Shown: positions 25,386 to 39,365, counted from the stretch's first letter. The stretch is 64,000 nucleotides of DNA from Octopus vulgaris (GCA_951406725.2 OX597824.1:25916001-25980000), one strand, 5' to 3'. Notes: generated by a model from the sequence alone, not told the origin. Numbers and translations are program-made.

Positions 25386-28377
25386 TTCAAAGGAGGAGTA
25401 CTGAATTGATTGATAGTATATTACTAATATTTACTTTCTTTAGACCCAAGCGGATGGAAAACAAACACAAAGTCAAATCCAGTGTGAACTTAACTTATTA
25501 CATAAATAGACAACTAAATACTATAAGGAATAATATAATAGGAGAGTTAGGAGTGAAGCGGAACACAGAAAAATGAACCCAAAGAGACCAATAACAGGTA
25601 AAAAAAATTTTTAAATAGCCCTTCTACAATCTGCCCAAATTCTTTGTAAAACATTGTCAGCAAAGTAAAAAAATATTCTTTCAACCAAATCTCTTCTACA
25701 GAAAGGTTCTAGTGGAATAGTGTTTGTACCTTAAACAGTGTAAAAATAATGATAATAATTATAAAAACAAAAAAAGACGAAGAAGAAATGCAAGAAAAGA
25801 AACACATTTATTTGATTGCAAAATATTATTATTGTTAGAAAATAATGTATAAAATTTTCTGGGAAAGAAAATAATATTCAAATTATGTAGAAAATTATGA
25901 ATCTAAATTCTCAATTATTCACTGGGAACTTCACCAGCAGATTCAAGATTGAAATAATAAAGGTATAATTAATGGCTAATCATTCATTATGATTATACCT
26001 GAAAATTTAGCAATAATCTCTCTAACAGTAAAATCTACAGGTTTCTATGGAAACAAGTTAATTCTTTGAAAATGTACATGAAACAACAGTTAGAGGAATG
26101 TGTGTATGTGCATGTATTTGTATGAATGCGTGTGCATGCACATGTGCATGCATGCATGCAATGGTAAATTATGCTCGACCAATTGGTTGTAGTGGTGTTG
26201 GTAATGGTAGTAGTACTAGTGTTAGTTTGACATACTTTATTACTAGCATGCTAGTAGCTTAACAGTGACTCAGCACAGCCAATGTAGGAAGGAGTGCAGA
26301 GCTGTTCCATCTTCGACTACAGCCAGGTTATTAGGGTCAGTGTTGACAGCTAAGAGGATGAAGAAGATACAAAACACTGGCCCTGCCAATCAAATAGCCA
26401 CATCATTAGCACCCGCATTCCTGACTAGCAGAAACTGCATGGCAAAATTGATTTTCTTTCTCTGGTATCATATCTGAGTTCCTAGATTGCTTTAGCTACA
26501 CCAATTCTAAAAACAAATATAATCAATGAGATTGTGTCAGCTCCGCGTGTGTGTGTGTGTGTGTGTGTGTCACATAAGGCCAGGATACTAGCTGTAGTCA
26601 CACTATTGTGCAGTATAGCAGGAGAGAAAGGAAAGATTAAGATGACCAAAATACACAAACCAGGAAAAAACGGCTGCTTGCCTCTCTCTCTCTGTCAGTG
26701 TAATACAGTTAATGGAATCTGAAAATGGCTAAAGAATATTGATAATAAACTAGAGCTGCTACTAAGTTGATATTTCAGACAACTGTGTCTGGAAATATCT
26801 CCAGGTAATAGTGAACCTTGAGAGGAATAAGAAGGGTTAATTTATGTGGAGCCAGTAACATTATTTTCTAATTAAATAGTTGATAAATTTAAGTAATTAA
26901 CTGCTATTAAATTATTCATAGAATTCTAATAGAATTATTTGTAAGATCCAAAAGTAAAAATTTACAAGTTGTTTTTTTTTTCTTTTTTTACTTATGAAAT
27001 ATAAAATTACTAATTGACCTAAAAGTCTATTAGGTATTAATTATTAAATTATAATCACTAGTCTTGCCACAGAGCCTATATAATTTGTTGTTTACATATT
27101 TTATGAAGTGCACAATTGTTAAACAAGTATGCTAATATTAATCAATGAATAAAATAAGATTCTATGAATAAATTTTTGTATATACACACATATATATACA
27201 TATATACATACAAAAAATTATTTTATATATGTGTATACGTGATGATACACACACACACAATGTATATCTCCATCCATTTCCCACCATTGCTATTCTGAGT
27301 TTATATATATAGAGATAATATATAGATATATATATATATACACACACACACACACCTCATATGAGTTAGAATTTACAAAGTTCACCATACATGTCATATA
27401 GAGTTTATTCATTTAATAGATGATAAGGCTTCTCTCTTTCATTTCTGAGAATTTTGTACACACACACACACACACACACGCGCGCGCGTGCACATGCATG
27501 CATATTTGCAGTGATTTGAAATAGATGAAAAAACCTATTCATAATATTTAAACAGGAGATAACAGATTTCTCTTTAAATCACAGTGTAGGATGGAAACGG
27601 TCCTTAGCAACTAGGTAAAAAAAAACACAAGAAGTAATTTATTAAAATCTCCATATAATAAAAGACTTAAACATGTTAGTCACCTTTAAACAATAATAAT
27701 GCTGAGATAAATAAATTAAGGTGTTCCAGATATGACTACCCTGTCTTATTTATTGCAATTTTTTTTTTTTGTTTTTGACTGTATAAGGATCCCATATCAT
27801 GTATCCATGCTTTTAGAAGACAATAGTGTGTGATTTGAAGAACTGACTGCTATTTCTAGCAGGTCACTTGACCTTCCAGAAATGGGAGATATGATAGGCA
27901 GTAGTTTACAAGTGTTACAAATGAAGATTGGTCGGCCACTATGACACAAAGTTGGAATTTTTCAGAGTATTCGCTATTTTAACAGTAGTAGAAGAAATTC
28001 TATGTAGGATAGATGCTACTGCCTGAAGTTATTAAAGAGGCTAATGTTACCATCATGCAGGCAACATTCACTTGGATTTTGTCCAGTATTTTTCAACAAA
28101 ACTAAAAACGCCTGAAGAACATTGCATTAGTAACCTAACTTAGGATTTTGTGTATAGCGGAGACTGAATCAATAGCATGATCTAAAAAATGAAAATCAAT
28201 TTCTAGGAATACACCTTTAGCTACTAAGTTGATATGCTCTTACCAGATGAAGTCAAAGGAGGAAAACAGTGCCAAGGATTTTCACTCAATGTTGTTCAAT
28301 TGAGTTAGCCATGAAAAAAAATAGCGAGGATCTGGAGAAGCATGGTAGCATGATTTAACTAACCCTTTAACATTTAA

Positions 28378-28823
28378 CCCTTTCGTTACTGTATTTATTT
28401 TGAGATGCTCTGTGTTTCTTTCAATTACTTTAACCCTTTTGTTACCATATTTCTGTTGAGATGCTCTGTGTTTCTTTCAATTAATTTTAAATATAACAAA
28501 GAATTTAGTAAAATAACTTAGTTATCATTAAGCTAGTGTTAGGAACATTAATTGTGATGAAGGTTTGGTAGAAGATTTTAATTCAGAACTTATGAAAACA
28601 AGACATCTGTACTACAGAGGCAGGGCCGGTTTTGGCCGGGTTGGTAACGAAAGGGTTAAATATAACAAAGAATTTAGTAAAATAACTTAGTTTTCATTCA
28701 GCTGGTGTTAGGAACATAAATTGTGACTAAGTTTTGCGGGAAGATTTTAATTCAAAACTTATGAAAACAAGACATTTGAACTCAGAGCCAAAGCAGGTTT
28801 CAGCCGGGTTGGTAACGAAAGGG
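28378..28823 (+). mobile_element. TTAA MITE family B (middle layer)
   Basis: TTAA-ccctttcgttac ... gtaacgaaaggg-TTAA (12-bp TIR). Confidence 0.9.
28434..28655 (+). mobile_element. TTAA MITE family B (innermost, complete)
   Basis: TTAA (28430-33) cccttttgttacca ... tggtaacgaaaggg TTAA (28656-59). Confidence 0.9.
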
Positions 28824-29289
28824 TTAAACTGGTCATATCAAGCCCAAATATTCTAGCTGTTTTATGCTCAGACTGAACAAATCCAATTTCTCACACATGC
28901 TCTACAATGTCATTCCAAAAACAAGCCATCACATCGTCAAAATTTCAAAGCTATGAGATAATGCATGATTAATTCAAAACAATGTGAATAAAATAGCATT
29001 ACATTTGACAAAATAATCTGAATGCTAAAGGGTTAATATTTGTATATTTATATTATTATCATGAATGCATGTGGCCTAGTAGTTAGGGTGTTGCACTCAT
29101 AACCACATGATTGTGGTTTCAATTACTGGGCTGAGTGGTACCTTTGTTATTTAGCAAAACACTTCATTTCACATTGCTACAACCCAATCAATTGTAAATG
29201 AAAAACCAAGTGACAAATTGGCATCCTGTTTAGGCAAAATGTAACTGGATAACCAATCCTTTGAGTCTTCAGATTCAAGACAGTACTTA

Positions 29290-29900
29290 TATTGGTTTCA
29301 AATTTTGGCATAAGGCCAGCAATTTAGGGGACAGAGGTAAGTCAATTACATCAACCCCAGTGCTCAAGTGGCACTTATTTTATCAACCTCAAAAGGGTAA
29401 ACGGCAAAGTCAACACTGATAGAATTAGAACTTAGAATGCAAAGATGGATGAAATGCTGTTAAGCAATTTGCCTGATGTGCTAACAATTCTGTCAGCTCA
29501 CTGCCTCTTTTCTTTGGTGCATCAGCCAGGAAATACTTATATATTAATGTCAATGAAAATTTTGAAAGGTTTGACCATTTCAGGGTGAATAAATTACCAG
29601 TCAAGTACTGGGATCGATGTATTCGACTATCCCACCTACCCACAAATTCCAGGCCTTGTGCCTATAGTAGAAAAGATTATTATTAGTATTAAGACAGCAA
29701 GCTACCAGAATCATTAGCATGCCAGATAAAATGCTTAATATCTTATCTGTCTTTACATTCTGAGTTCAAATTCTGCCGAGGTCAACTTTGCCTTTCATCC
29801 TTCCAGGGTTAGTAAAATAAGTACCAGTTTAGTATTGGGTGTGATGTAATCAACTCCATCCACCTTTCAAAATTCTTGATCTTGTACCAAAATTAGAAAG
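29290..29900. mobile_element. Cluster of degenerate SINE B copies in opposite orientations
   Basis: Minus copy ~29290-29505; plus copies ~29585-29680 and ~29690-29900. Confidence 0.7.
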
Positions 29901-30774
29901 AATATGACAGAGAAAATGTTTAATTTTATATGGGTGTTGGAATACCATAAATATAGAAAACATTTTGACAGAGTAGGAGGACTAAATAACGCTGAACAAA
30001 TGACAAAAGTACATCAACAGACGAATCCATAGCTTTGAAAAACCTTATTATGTTACAAAACTAAAGAAACAGCAAATAAAAGCAAGAAAGGTTAAGAAAA
30101 TAAACAGTGAAATGAGGTTCTTACATATATTTAGAACATTTGGAAAAATGTGTTATGAAAATCAAGATTGGAAGACATGTAACAAGTTTTTGTTGTTGGT
30201 TTTTTTTTTCTGTAACATTAGCAGTTAGAAACAAAAGAAACACCAATGTGTTGATGTGAGGAAAACATTTCTCAAGCATAAAGCTGTCTTTTTGATTCTT
30301 ACATCAAAGCAAGTCTATCCAGTATTTGTTCACAGTAGTTGTTAAAAGTGGGACTATTTCTACCAGTGGATATTGATTTTCTATAGTTCTTATAACCTGG
30401 TCTAAAACTAGGTTGAAGGTTAGAATTTGCTCATTTCTACGAATGAAACTGAGAAACAAAGTTGCAATAGCAAGGGGGGAAAAAATAATTCAAAAGCATT
30501 GCTGGAAAGAATGACAAAATTGAAATCTAAATCATAAAGACAATGAAATATGTGATGGAGATTTTTATGCAAGGAAATGAGTAAACAAACATTCAGTTAC
30601 AATGGTGGAGTAAATGGGCAATTAATTAAGATTAAAAAAGGGGATTTCCAGTTCAAACCCAACCTTGAAAATCCTTAACCCTTTACTACTTACAAGGGTC
30701 CAATACATGCCAGCAAGAAAGATGATTGCTAAAAAATATAACAAGTGACCCCTATAAGAATAATGACAAGATAG

Positions 30775-31180
30775 GCATAGGCATGGCTGTGTGGGTAAGA
30801 AATTTGCTTCCCAACCACATGGTTTCAGGTTCAGTCCTACTGCAAGGCACCTTGAGCAAGTGTCTTATTCTATAGCTCCAAAAAAAAAAAAACCAAAGCC
30901 TTGTGAATAGATTTGGTTGACAGAAGCAGAAAAAAGCTTGTCATGTGTGTGTCTCTCTTTATTTTGTCATCATGTGATAGTTGTAAATGAATGTCACTGT
31001 CATACAAGCAGTGTCATTCATTTTCAAAATTCTGCAGTAACATGTCTGGCCAAGGGAAAAATAATACCATGCTTGGAAACAGGTGAGAGATGGCAACAAG
31101 AAGATCATCTAATAGTAGAAAAATCTGCCTCTATCCAACCCATACAAGCATAAAAAAGTGTATGTTAAAATGATGATGAT
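30775..31180 (+). mobile_element. SINE with family A head and (GAT)n RTE-type tail
   Basis: ggcatggctgtgtgggtaag head, accttgagcaagtgtc, tail gttaaaatgatgatgat. Confidence 0.7.
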
Positions 31181-32154
31181 TTCTAGATGGAGGAGCCACT
31201 ACATATACAAACACTCAAAATCACAAAAGACCATCTGACTGTTGGATAACTATCACTCACCATCATGTATGCAACCACCACTAGCCCATCAATTTGAAAA
31301 GCTTTCACCAGTCCTTTCAACCACTACTACAATGGCTCCTGCTCCAATGAACTAGCAAGCTGCATACTACGCCTACTGAAGCCCAATCAATACACCTGTG
31401 CCACCTGCACCTAATGCCAACATCATCATCCATCATCATCATCAATTTAACATCCGTTTTCAATGATATCATGGGTTGCCGGTTTGACAAGTGCTGGCAA
31501 GTCAGAGAGCTGAACTAGGTTCCAACTGTTCGTTTTGGCATGGTTTCTATGGGTGCTTTTTACATGGCACCAGCACAATCCCTAGAGAAAACAAACACTT
31601 CACTTAATCCTTCATATCAGAATCTGGAACTTTTTCCATTATCATAATCATATTTTTTCCAAAAGTTCAAGAACATCAAACACATCAAGCCCACCGATCA
31701 GAAATGGCCTGTATAAGCTAAAGGTACAGCCTCTCTTCCACAGACTATAAAATACAAAAATCTACAAAATTTACATATAAAATGGTTTGCATGCCACCTC
31801 ATTTATATTACACCAACAGATTTATGTATTGAAATCCTACATATGTGATAAATATGTTTTAGGGAGGTTTCAGAACACTCACTCTCTAACTTATTGCTTT
31901 CCTAGAGATGAATTGCTTAGGGTTGATTCAACTCTTTTGAAGGTCGTTCTGTTCCAGACAACACAAGCTCTTCATACCAGCTTACACTTAGCATTTTCTG
32001 TCAGAAGGATGTGTCAAACAATGGAAATTGAATGGGGCCTATAAAAGAGGAACAGCAAAATAGACATGGGTATAAGAAGTACTGTGGTTTGATTGCTGCA
32101 TGATGTATAGATACAAATATATGTATTCATGCAAATATATGTATACATGTGGCT

Positions 32155-32621
32155 GACAGCTTCTGCTTGTGTAGCATGGTGCAGAGTCCTGTTGCTAGAC
32201 ATAGGGTCTTCCAGCAGCGACCCTCTTAACCCAGGGCAACACCACCTCTTCCAGGCACTTGATGTAGGCTTCCATGCTGAGTCTGAGGCCGTATAGGAAG
32301 ATGAATGGAGGTATAAAGTCACTATCACTAGTGTTTGCTCCAAAATGATGCTGACTGGATATTTGATTTTTATCAATCTTGGCACTTGTCCTCAGATTGA
32401 CACTCAAACACTCTGAAATGTTCGTATTGGAGCTTCCAGTGCAAATGCCAGGCAGTACAGCATGTTTCCAAATTTCTGGCAGAGTGAAATGCATCATGGT
32501 AATGTTTTTCTCAGAGGTGCCCAACTGACCCTACTATACTGTGTAGGCAACAAAATCAAAAACAATGCTCATGCACGAAATTAAAAATATAAAATGGCAA
32601 CAATCTACCCATCACACCCTG
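32155..32621 (-). mobile_element. Tc1/mariner-superfamily transposon remnant with one TIR
   Basis: PPFIFLYGLRLSMEAYIKCLEEVVLPWVKRVAAGRPYV*QQDSAPC(Y/H)T (second catalytic D motif QQDxAPxH); terminal cagggtgtgatggg on the minus strand at 32621. Confidence 0.8.
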
Positions 32622-33321
32622 TGTAAATACACACACATTTGTGAGGACAATTGATATGTAATTATAATATTCAGTATGTGTGTGTGTATGTGGAGAGAGA
32701 GAAAAAGGAGCATCTATTAATTAAGAACAACTTTATCAAATTCAACAGATTTTACTACTTACAGACAGTGAGGCTGAACTGATTCTGTAGACAGAATCTT
32801 CACAATAAGAAATTACCAAATATAATAAGAGAGGTCTTGGTATGCGACCACTTACTATTCTACTTGTGAAAGCTTATTGTCTCTAAACAACTAAAATTAT
32901 AATTGTGTACAATCAGAACAGTGTGTTGATCGTAATCTCATTCATTTGCCATTCAGTTAATATTGAACCCATAACCTCCTCACCCATCCTAACAATAGAC
33001 ATCAATAGACACACTATCAACGTTTTCTTTGTACTGTTTCGATGTCCAACAGAAAATAAGGCTGCTTGCTTTATCACAATGCCAGTATAGATTGCCAGCA
33101 AGACAAAAAGCCATTGATTTAGTATTTTTTTTTTTTATCTTTGAGTTTCCAGTTCAAAAGAGAAGACTAAACACAAACAGGCTCATATGTAACATTGGTC
33201 GATTCATTTTGAACTTTTACAATTTTAATGGAGTAAACTGACAGTAAAAAAAAATGTTACAAATTCATAGAAAATAATAATTTTTTTGAATTCTGGTACA
33301 AGGCCAGCAATTTCAAGGATA

Positions 33322-33780
33322 TGTTTCTTTACTAGCCACAGGGCTGAAAAACATAAACACAGGCGAAATACCTATTTCTTTACTACCCATAAGGGGCTAA
33401 ACACAGAGAGGACAAACAAACGGATTAAGCTGATTATATCGACCCCAGTGCATAACTGGTACTTAATTTATCGACCCCGGAGGGATGAAAGGCAAAGTCG
33501 ACCTCGGCAGAACTTGAACTCAGAACGTAACAGCAGACAAACTACGGCTACGCATTTCGCCCGGCATGCTAACGTTTCTGCCAGCTTGCTACCTTTCAAG
33601 GATAAGGGAAGCTGATTACATCAGCCTCAGTGCTCAACTGGTACTTATTTTATCAAACCCTAAAGGATGAAAGGCAAAGTTAAATGTGGTGGAATTTGAA
33701 CTGGGAATGTACTGAAGCAGAAGAAATGTTGCTGAATATTTTACTGAGTGCAATAACAACTCATGTAGTTTCCCACCTTA
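33322..33780 (-). mobile_element. SINE family B copies (one nested in an older variant)
   Basis: Matches 22923-23150 in reverse. Confidence 0.8.
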
Positions 33781-33808
33781 GAATCATATGAAATAATTAT
33801 ATTAGTAA

Positions 33809-34229
33809 TCTATACATATAAAGCTGAAGTTGTCTGTGTGTGTGTGTGTGTGGCAGGTTTGGTAGCCTTCAACTAACACTAACTCCTCCGAGACCCTGCA
33901 GCGCAAGTTGACCAAAATTGAGAGTATGATAGAAGAAGGCTTGCTCTTCATTCCGTAGAAGAAAAAATTCAAATCAGACCATGTTAACACCAAAAATTAT
34001 TTACATCAAAAAGGTGCTTTTTTCTATGAAAATCCCTATTTTTTTAATGATTTTATGACTGTTGCGTCACCATTTTCGGTGTATTTCACTTAAAGAGAAT
34101 AACAAACTGCATAATGCAAAATTTTTACTTTTCAAAAATGATTGAAACTATGTCAAAACTTTGTCAAAGTCTGCCGGTTTAAGCGCAACTAAAAAAACAA
34201 ACCCAAGCAACGCCAGGCTATACTGCTAG
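33809..34229 (+). mobile_element. Complete non-autonomous Helitron
   Basis: 5' A|TCTATACATATAAAG, internal (TG)n, 3' degenerate hairpin cccaagcaacgccagg, then CTAG|T; inserted between A and T with no TSD. Confidence 0.85.
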
Positions 34230-34630
34230 TTAATTATATAGTGATTACCAATTTCAGCTAGATGGGAAAAGGAAAGGAGTGGTAATGATGACTGGCCATG
34301 ACAAAAGTTAATGTAAGAATGAATGAGCAGAAAAATGAAAAATTGTGACGTTATGAAAAAAAAATGGTTCATAGGTACAGGCCTTGGTTTGTAGGTGCAG
34401 GCATGGCTCTGTGGTTATGAAGCTTGCTTCCCAATCATGTGGTTTTGAGTTCAGTCCCACTGAGGGACACCTTGGAAAGATATTTTCTACAATAGCTCAG
34501 GGCCAATAAAAAAAATGAAAAAAGCTTTGTAAGTGGATTCTGTTAACGGAAACAGAGAAAGCCCACTGTGTGTGTGAGTGTGTGTTCCCCCCTCACCTTC
34601 TCCACACACACACAGCCTCTTGACAACTAG

Positions 34631-34860
34631 TGGCGAGCTGGCAGAAACGGTAGCACACTGGGCGAAATGCTTAGAGGTATTTCGACTGTCTTTACGTTCT
34701 GAGTTCAAAATTTGTCGAGGTCGACTTTGCCTTTCATCCTTTCAGGGGTCGATTAACTAAGTACAAGTTATGCACTGGGGTCAATATAATCGACAATCCA
34801 TTTGTCTGTCCTTGTTTGTCTCCTCTGTGTTTAACCCCTTGTGAGTAGTAAAGAAATAGC
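34631..34860 (+). mobile_element. SINE family B nested in a SINE A copy (~34395-34990)
   Basis: tggcgagctggcagaaacgg head to aaagaaatag end; family A sequence resumes on both sides. Confidence 0.82.
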
Positions 34861-36099
34861 AGTTTGGCAAAAAGGGCCACCACAATAAGCACCAGACTTT
34901 AAGTACTGGGGTCAATTTGATCAAGTAAACTTCTCAGGACAGTGCCCCTGTCTAGCCATAATCCAATGAAGGGGACAAGTAAAATATAACAAATACCAAA
35001 TAAAATATTAAAATTCTAAGCTTTGGTGGTGGGGAGGACTGATACTTCTAGAGTTATCTTTAAAAAAAAATTAACAACTTCAAAATCTCACAATCAGTGC
35101 AAGGTATCAAGAAAAAAAAAATTGCTCATGTTCAAATTATTATTGATCTTTTATACTGGGTTATCAACATTAGAAAAGTACACTTACAAAAAAAAAAAAT
35201 AAACAAAAATAATAATAATAAAACCTCATTGAATTAAAATATCTAAAAAAAGGCAGGAGATGGGGTTATAACCTTCATCTTTGACCATCAATATTTTGTG
35301 TTTTATCTTTGTAGTATCTCTATGGAAAACTTTTTTCTCTCTCTTTTAGTTTATCTTTTTAATTCCAGCTCAAAACTTCATTGGGTGAAGAGACCAGAAT
35401 TATGTCATGTATTATTTGGTATTTTGTTGTATCTTGGGAGGGTCATTATGCCAATAATAAGCACACACAGACACTGGTTCTATTTCACTTTTTTTATTCT
35501 AAAAGTCAATTGGCTAAGCATTTAACCAATTTGATTAATTGATTGATTAATTAACCATTCAATCAATCAGCAAACCTAGCTGATTGATTACTTTACCAAA
35601 TGATTAATCAAACAATCGATTCGTTAAATGATTAAGCAATTCACTAATGAAAATAAAGAAATGAAATAGAAACAATGCATATATTTATTATTGGCATAAT
35701 GACCGTCCCAAGACACAACAGAATGCGTTCCACCACAAGTTCACATCAAAAATTTTGCAAACCAAATACAAAAATGAAATATTATTTAGTACTTGTCAGA
35801 CTTCCGTAGTCCATTGCTCTTCAAATGATACTCATAGAGGAATCCCAACTGAACACTTAAAGAGCTAAAATAATACTTGATTATACAATACTCCAACCAT
35901 TTACATACATCTATGTGGTCAACTACGATACTGATTTACGAATAATTAGATTGAGTCAATTTGAACTTAAATGCCAAGGGCCAACAACAACAGCTACTAT
36001 CAATTTGACCAGTTGTAATTGTCAGTTAAATTATACTAAATGTTCCTTTTTAACATGTATAATTTTTTATATTTCATTTTTTTTTTTTAAAGTCTTATA

Positions 36100-36452
36100 T
36101 TGACCTCCGCCTTAACGAAGGCAGAGGTATTGTTTTTAGTTGCATTTGTTTGTTTGTCCCTGGACAAGATATTTCAAGAACTGATGGATGGATTCGGATG
36201 AAACTTTCAAGGATGTTTGGCCTGAACTGATTAGATTTTGAGATTGATCCGGTACCAGGCAAGGATTCTGGATTATTTTTCCAGTTTTTATTACATAATT
36301 TTTGAGAGTGGTCGGGTTCATTTTTAGTATTCTCGTTTGTAAGAGCAGTCGATTTGATTTCAGATATTCTCATTTTAAAAATCATCTCCGGCTAATTCAG
36401 AGGACGTTGGTGTTGTATTGGTGGAGGTTTGTGCTCTCTGCATGTTCTTGTT
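36100..36452 (+). mobile_element. Helentron-associated (HINE/DINE-1-like) non-autonomous element
   Basis: SubTIRs acctccgcc (36103) / ggtggaggt (36420); 5' hairpin, (TTTG)n, 3' gtgctctctgcatg stem; same architecture as 51132-51750. Confidence 0.72.
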
Positions 36453-36642
36453 TGTTTTTCTTAAACTCTTATATTTATATCTTTTTTACTTTTACTTATT
36501 TCAGTCAATGAACTGCAGCTATGGGGTGGGGGCACCACATCGAAGGGTTTAACCAAACAAATTGATCACCAGTGCTTATTTTAAAGTCTTCTACTTATTC
36601 TATTGATCTCTTTTGCTGAAACACTAAGTTACAGGGACTTAA

Positions 36643-36862
36643 CCCTTTAGTGTTCTGATTATTCTATCAAACATAATGCTAATTGATTCACATTGATTTG
36701 ACTTAATCATGCATTATCTCATATCTTCAAGATTTTGATGGTGTAAATTACCTAATGTAGAATAACATTGTAGGGTAGGTGTGAGAGCCTGGATCTGGTC
36801 AGTTTGAACATAAAACAGATTAAATATTTTGGCCGGATATGGCCGGTTTAAATACTAAAGGG
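36643..36862 (-). mobile_element. TTAA MITE family A inserted in a SINE A fragment
   Basis: TTAA-ccctttagtg ... tactaaaggg-TTAA. Confidence 0.85.
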
Positions 36863-37115
36863 TTAAACTAACACTAGTTATCAAGCAGTGGGAAGAACAA
36901 ACACACACACGCACATTTAATATACACAATTTCAAAAGCTACTAATAGTTTCATTGGCAGATGCATATAGCATGCAAAGTATCTCCACGCAATCTTTCAG
37001 GCTTAGTTCACAATCGTCATCATTTAACATCTGTTTTCCATGCTGGCATGGGCTGTGTATGTTAAATGATATTTACCTTTCCCTGGATGGAATACTTTTC
37101 TTTGTTCATCCAGCC

Positions 37116-37204
37116 TATAGAATTGCTGTCTCCATTAGTAAACCTTTGACTTCGATGCTAACACATCCAATACATATATGTGTATATATGTATGTATATA
37201 TGGG

Positions 37205-37237
<33 letters not shown>

Positions 37238-37547
37238 ATGTTCATATGTATATATGTATGAATATCTATATACATTACATATAAACATACATACATATAG
37301 TTATATATACATATATATAGATGTATACACATATATACGTATATATACATACATATATACACACACAAACATATATACACATACATACACACATATATAC
37401 ACATACACCTATACATATATACACATACATACATTTATGTATACGTACATTTCCACATACATACATATATATACATATGTAAATATATACATATATAAAT
37501 ACATACACATACATATACATACATATACATATATAAATACATATACT

Positions 37548-37601
<54 letters not shown>

Positions 37602-37726
37602 TATATATATACACACATATATATATATACAGACATACACACATATAGATATATGTACATATGAACATACACACACACACACACACACACATATACCCAT
37701 ATATACATACATATATACATGAACTT

Positions 37727-37759
<33 letters not shown>

Positions 37760-37848
37760 CCCATATATACATACATATATACACACATAGGTATTGGATG
37801 TGTTAGCATCGAAGTCAAAGGTTTACTAATGGGGACAGCAATTCTATA
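37116..37848. repeat. Fold-back inverted repeat with microsatellite-filled spacer
   Basis: A ~58-bp unique arm (tatagaattgctgtctccattagtaaacctttgacttcgatgctaacacatccaatac) plus adjacent simple repeat is mirrored at ~37740-37848 with one mismatch in the unique part. Confidence 0.92.
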
Positions 37849-39133
37849 TCACCTGAGGAGATACAACTGGATCCCATTACACAGGTAAACCGTTGCTTTA
37901 TTTAAATCCTTCGTATATGTGGATCTATGTTGTATCGAATCATGTATAGTGTTTATTAGATAGCTGTCTAAACGTACTCCTTCTTGCTGACTCTATTCTA
38001 TTCAATTTTACACATGTATATATATATATACACACACACATGAGTGGTCTCCATACAGTTTCGATCAACTAAATTCACTCACTTAAGAAGACATACAACT
38101 GGATTGAACCTGAAACCACATGGTCGCAAAGCCTAACCCAACCTAGCAAGTGTTTACTCTGTATCTTTTAACTTTGAAATCAACTCCTCTCTTATTTTTA
38201 ATCATTTCTATATTTCTCCCCCACTCAATTCTCATCAAGAGATAAGTATATCTCTCAATGATATAAATGAAACTTCATTCTTGAAGAGAACAACTAAGTT
38301 GCAAGCTCATTATATTCATCTTTGGCCACAATCTAAATGTCAATTACATTTTATGGTTGCAACTAGCTTCCTTATGTGATAAATTATTAATTAAATTGAT
38401 TGAATGTTTGCAGAAGATATCTTAGTAAGAAATAAGAGATTTATTCAATTATAATTACAGAGGGGAAAAAGAAAAAAACTACTTCAGATGAAAGGAAATT
38501 CTACGAAGATTAATTTGTAAAAAGCCTGTGAAAATACTGTATAGACAACAATAATCAATACATTTATCAAAAGATAAAAATAAAAACCATAAAATTACAG
38601 TTTTAGTGAAACTGGCCATTTTGAAATAACACTAATTTTAAACTTCCTATCTCTTTTTTTTTTTTTTTTTACATTCTTTCTTTCTTTTTATCAATTTAAA
38701 AATGTTATAAAATAAACAAATATTTATTATATTGAATTTTCGTTTTATTCTAAACATTGTCAAGAAGTATCAATTCAATATTTAAGAAGAAAAATAAAAT
38801 TTGCTTAAAGTGAGAAGTTTGGAAGTTAATTGCCAGAGACATACATACTGCAATGTCAACACAATTTCTTTCCTTTTTTTTGTTTTGTAACTTAAAAATC
38901 AAACTACTGTTTCCTTGTATTAGCAAATCTAATTTGACATCAAGGAGATTTAATTCCAACACTGTAACTAGAGTAATCTTTATAATCATATTTACATTCA
39001 CCACAGACAAAATATAAAAAAAGAAAGAAGAAAATTACTGATACAAACACTGTGTATATGTATATTTACAAACATGAGAACAAACTCAATAATGCCATCT
39101 AATTTATGTTAGCACAGGCAAATCAAACAGAGC

Positions 39134-39165
<32 letters not shown>

Positions 39166-39308
39166 CGAGAAAGAGAGAGAGAGATCTGACTTGCCAATGC
39201 TCATACACATACACATATTATGTATGTTAATATGCATATATAACATTGTTTGCATTGCCTAAGCTGACATAAATTAGATGGCATTTTTATTCATACATAC
39301 ATGCATAT

Positions 39309-39339
<31 letters not shown>

Positions 39340-39365
39340 CATACATACATACATATATATATTTA

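Larger units (their letters stand above)
28363..29032 (+). mobile_element. TTAA MITE family A containing two nested family B MITEs
   Basis: Outer termini ccctttaacatt ... aatgctaaaggg-TTAA; interrupted after the TTAA at 28374-28377. Confidence 0.88.

Noticed and set aside
32905-33241. Short ORFs on both strands in unique sequence
   Set aside because: No homology recognised and no consistent splice signals.
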